In this document: positions 60,742 through 64,000 of the stretch, piece by piece | Layout: the number at the start of each line of letters is the position of its first letter | How positions within the stretch are numbered: the first letter of the stretch is position 1 | NCBI GenBank assembly: GCA_963759415.1 | Contig: CAVWZG010000002.1 | Coordinates: 823,410 to 887,409, forward strand | DNA length: 64,000 nucleotides | From: an uncultured Verrucomicrobiae bacterium | GTDB lineage: Bacteria; Verrucomicrobiota; Verrucomicrobiia; Limisphaerales; Palsa-1400 | Direction: 5' to 3' | Translations under genes and position numbers: made by a program | The notes under the pieces: model-generated | Told to the model about the DNA's origin: nothing | Seen by the model: the letters and a program-made list of their open reading frames with translations, nothing else | Database searches by the model: none

Positions 60742-62417
60742 GCGGAGGCAGCCAATGGGCGCGTGGCGGACGCAGTCGGTGCGGGCGCGGTGGATTGCAT
60801 CTCCGCTTCCATGAGCAACTGGCGGCGCACCGGGCGCAGATTGAAGATTTTAAAAATGGAGACGAAGACGACGCCGAAAGCGGTCGAGGAATAGGCGGCC
60901 ATCAGGCTCCCTTGGATGATATTGAGGGAAACCAGGATGAAACAGACTATGGTTCCGGCGAAGCCGAGGTAAAGGCCGGCATCAAAGAGATGGTCCTCAT
61001 TTTCGAGCAATTTTAGCTGGACGCGGGCCGGCACCCTTTGACGCCGGATTTCGGCCAGCTTGACCAGGCAGGCGCAGTAAATGAGGGCCTGCAAGACAAA
61101 GAACAACAGCAGCGTAATTAAGCTTTTTGGATTCATAAGATTTGATTTGACGATGGGGACGAGGCTCGTGGCCGCGGCGCCGACCGAGGGCAGGCGCAGC
61201 CCGAAGGTAAACTGTGCCTTCTGGCTTTCCTGGGCGAGAAACGGCTCGCTCAGAAGCAGGACCACGAGCAAAAAACCCAGGCCAAATAAAATTTCGCGGG
61301 CCAGGTGAAATCCGCCCACCCGCAACGGGGCCTCGATTTCCGCCGGCGGCGGACGCGCAAAATGACCCGCCGCAGCCAGCAGAAAACCGCCCGAAATGTA
61401 AAAGAACCACTTCACAATCAACGCAAACCACGGCGCGCGCAAGGCATAATCTGAGGCGGGCCGGAAAAACAGCGCCAGCGGCCCCGAAGCCGTCCACCGC
61501 TGGCGCCGAGGCGAAACATACAGGCGCTGATGTCGTCGCAGCAGTTCATCGACGCCGTCCCGGCCATAACGCAGACTGCCGGCCAGATCGTGCAGGCCGG
61601 TTTGGTTGAAATCGTGGATGTAGGCGGCGACCGGGCCGGGCTTTTGGGAAAGGAGCACAACCGCGAAAAGGGCGGGCAATTGCGGGCCGGCGTTGCGCGC
61701 CTGGCTGGCCAGCAGGGCCAATGTTCGGGGATTATCGATGCCGTTGACGAAAAGCGCAAGCTGCCCCCAACTCAGCCGTTGCCCCAGCGACATGATGTCC
61801 AGCAGAATCTCCTCCAGCGGCTGGGAGTTCGCGCCAGAAACGGCGGAGGCGGCGCCCTCCACCACCGCATCGCGCAAGCCGGGGGCCAGAAGGTTGTCAG
61901 CCAGCAAAAGGCCGCAGACGGAGACAGCGGTGTCAAATGCCTGCCCGGAAGCAGAAGACGACGGCGAAAAGAGGACCGTGTTGGTCACATCGCGGACGCG
62001 AAGTAATTCGCGCACCGCGGGAGAACCCGTGGCCTCCAAATGCGTCAGCGCCCGCTCCCGATTCTCCAGGCGGATAAGCAACACCGTCACCGGCGTGGAA
62101 TTTGTGGCCGTCGGCCCGCCGGGAAAGAGAGGCTCGCTTTCGGTTCGAGTGGCCAGGGATGAGGCCAGCTCGCCTGTCCAGCGAACCTTTTCATCCTGCG
62201 CGGCTTGCAAGATCAAACGCGCGGCGTCCGTCTTATGAGCGCGTTCCAGGGCCACGCCGCGATCGACGAGAGAAGGGCCGCCTTCGCCCGCGCGTTGCAG
62301 GACGGAGGCATCGACGGCGCGCAGATGCACGGGCACCAGCCAGCCGCACAGCAGCATCAAACCCGCGAAGGCGATGCACAAGCCCACCCACATCCAGCTA
62401 TTTGTGTCTCTATTCAC
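60738..62417 (-). CDS. membrane protein with a C-terminal MotA/TolQ/ExbB-like proton-channel domain
   Basis: GTG start (an ATG at 62393 is possible). Last roughly 120 aa: LITLLLFFVLQALIYCACLV ... LFDAGLYLGFAGTIVCFILVSL ... SLMAAYSSTAFGVVFVSIFKIF. ATGA overlap with the downstream gene. Confidence 0.6.
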   Translation of the reverse strand: MNRDTNSWMWVGLCIAFAGLMLLCGWLVPVHLRAVDASVLQRAGEGGPSLVDRGVALERAHKTDAARLILQAAQDEKVRWTGELASSLATRTESEPLFPGGPTATNSTPVTVLLIRLENRERALTHLEATGSPAVRELLRVRDVTNTVLFSPSSSASGQAFDTAVSVCGLLLADNLLAPGLRDAVVEGAASAVSGANSQPLEEILLDIMSLGQRLSWGQLALFVNGIDNPRTLALLASQARNAGPQLPALFAVVLLSQKPGPVAAYIHDFNQTGLHDLAGSLRYGRDGVDELLRRHQRLYVSPRRQRWTASGPLALFFRPASDYALRAPWFALIVKWFFYISGGFLLAAAGHFARPPPAEIEAPLRVGGFHLAREILFGLGFLLVVLLLSEPFLAQESQKAQFTFGLRLPSVGAAATSLVPIVKSNLMNPKSLITLLLFFVLQALIYCACLVKLAEIRRQRVPARVQLKLLENEDHLFDAGLYLGFAGTIVCFILVSLNIIQGSLMAAYSSTAFGVVFVSIFKIFNLRPVRRQLLMEAEMQSTAPAPTASATRPLAASA

Positions 62418-62518
62418 GCACCAGTATAGACTACAGACTATAAACTATAACGTACGAAAAGCCACTCTGATTTAGACGGCAGGCCGTTTCCGGTTGTTCA
62501 ATCAGCGGGACTGTGGCC

Positions 62519-63847
62519 TCAGGGCGAGCTGATGCGGTAGAAACGGCGGATGTTGCCGGCTGGCATGGGTTCGCTGAAAAAGAACAAACCATTGCTGAGG
62601 CTGAGGCTCTGGAGCGGAGTCCATACGGGGCTGGCCAAATTCGTGCAGGCTTCGACCACAATGGGTATATTGGAAGTGCCGGTGATGTTGAATCCAAAAT
62701 GGCCGTTGGAAACGCCGAAACTGCCGTCGCCGGTTTGAATGAGCGGATTCCACAGCACGGCCGGAACGCCGGTATTGGTGGAAAAATCGTACCAGCCTAT
62801 TGTGTCCGGCAAGTAATAGACGGTCACGGGGTCGTTGGCGGTGAAGGAACTGAACACGGATGAAACCGCGACCGGAGCATTGCCTTGGAAGAAAACGCTG
62901 GCCAGGCTCGTGCAGTCAAAAAACGCCGCGCCGCCGAGGTTGGTCACGCTGGCGGGAATCGTCACGTTGGCCAGGTTGAAGCAATTCCAGAAGGCATAAG
63001 GCTCAATGCCCGTGACGCCGTTTAGAATGGTGACGCGCGCCAGGCTGTAGCAGCCAAGGAACGCACTCTGCGCGATGTTGATGACGCTGCCCGGAATGGC
63101 CACGCTGACCAGGCTGGAGCAGCCATCGAACGCCCCCTGCCCCACGTTGGTGACGCTGCCGGGAATGGCGACGCTGGCCAGGCTGCTGCATTCGTCGAAG
63201 GCGTAGGCGCCGATGCTGACGAGGCCGTTGGTCAGCGCGGCATTGGTCAGGCTGCCGCAATAAGAGAAGGCATCCTGGCCGAGATTGGTGACGCTGCCGG
63301 GTATCGCGATGCCCGCCAGGTTGTAGCAGAAATTGAACGCGTAATCGCCGATGCTGGCGACGCCGTTGGAAATGGTCAGGGCGGCCAGACCGTAGCAGTC
63401 CAGAAACGCGCTGGTTCCGATATTGGTGACGCTGCCGGGAATGATGACGTTGGTCAGGCTGGAGCAGCCACCGAAGGCGTAGTCCCCGATGTCGGCAACC
63501 CCGTTGGAAATGGTGAGGCCGGCAAGATTGGAGCAGCCATCAAAGGCATCCGACCCGATGCTGATGACGCAGTCAGGAATCGTGACGTTGGTCAGAGCCG
63601 CGCCAACGAAGGCGTTGGTCCCGATGCCGGCAACCGTCAGGCCGTTGATCTTGGCGGGAATCGCCACCACCCCGCCAAGCCCGGCGTAGGCGGTGATGGT
63701 AACGGAATCGCCGGCATTGGTGTCGTAATAGTAGGGGGCGGAAAAGAATTCGCCCTGAGCGGGAACTGCCGTCGGCACGCCCAACAGCATCCAGCCCAAA
63801 AGGAAGTGCCATCCATTTATCGAACCATTCACGGTTCCCGTTTTCAC
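62519..63847 (-). CDS. BspA-type leucine-rich repeat surface protein with a C-terminal beta-sandwich tail
   Basis: Signal peptide, then about 10 repeats of the form IP.SVT.IG..AF..C.SL..V.I. and a C-terminus ...SPVWTPLQSLSLSNGLFFFSEPMPAGNIRRFYRISSP. Confidence 0.8.
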   Translation of the reverse strand: MKTGTVNGSINGWHFLLGWMLLGVPTAVPAQGEFFSAPYYYDTNAGDSVTITAYAGLGGVVAIPAKINGLTVAGIGTNAFVGAALTNVTIPDCVISIGSDAFDGCSNLAGLTISNGVADIGDYAFGGCSSLTNVIIPGSVTNIGTSAFLDCYGLAALTISNGVASIGDYAFNFCYNLAGIAIPGSVTNLGQDAFSYCGSLTNAALTNGLVSIGAYAFDECSSLASVAIPGSVTNVGQGAFDGCSSLVSVAIPGSVINIAQSAFLGCYSLARVTILNGVTGIEPYAFWNCFNLANVTIPASVTNLGGAAFFDCTSLASVFFQGNAPVAVSSVFSSFTANDPVTVYYLPDTIGWYDFSTNTGVPAVLWNPLIQTGDGSFGVSNGHFGFNITGTSNIPIVVEACTNLASPVWTPLQSLSLSNGLFFFSEPMPAGNIRRFYRISSP

Positions 63848-64000
63848 CTTCTAATTTCGTTGATTCCGCTAATTGTGCAACCGTGAGATTGGCGTCAAGC
63901 GGCTAAAACGGCCGGAAACTGCCTTCCCAACCAGCCCGGAAAAATGAAAGAATTTCAAATTAAGGCAGTACCAAGTGAACCTCTGGATTGACACCGAGGG

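Overview
GC-rich (about 60 percent by eye) bacterial chromosome segment. It looks like Verrucomicrobiota/PVC, judging from PATR-type beta-strand-repeat proteins, pseudopilin operons, TMTC-like TPR membrane proteins and many REP-like intergenic repeats; this placement is an inference and no search was run. I call 44 protein-coding genes or gene remnants, mostly housekeeping: tmk, cysS, secA, asd, ligA, glnD, uvrB, nnr, adk, fmt, a NifS-like desulfurase, an S41 tail-specific protease, a rhomboid and an M28 peptidase. Interspersed are secreted or surface proteins: a frameshifted S53 peptidase, a 1.2-kaa PATR protein and a BspA-type LRR protein. There is also a gspF plus four pseudopilin gene cluster. 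I found no rRNA, CRISPR array, integrase or transposase. There is one degenerate tRNA-like sequence. The best candidate for an undescribed system is a translationally coupled gene pair at 59320-62417 (minus strand). It encodes a MotA/ExbB-like channel protein and an ExbD/TolR-like protein; the latter has an Asp inside its TM helix, a long coiled coil and a trypsin-like C-terminal domain. Secondary leads are an SPFH-HTH protein paired with a double zinc-ribbon membrane protein (28119-30421) and an RluA-RlmI fusion. Further leads are an orphan Dam-class methylase and several families of intergenic repeats. The repeats include hexamer-periodic palindromes at gene ends, a roughly 0.45-kb dispersed element carrying a sigma70-like promoter in two inverted copies, and long perfect palindromes. 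All family assignments rest on motif recognition by eye; no HMM, BLAST or RNA-folding was run.
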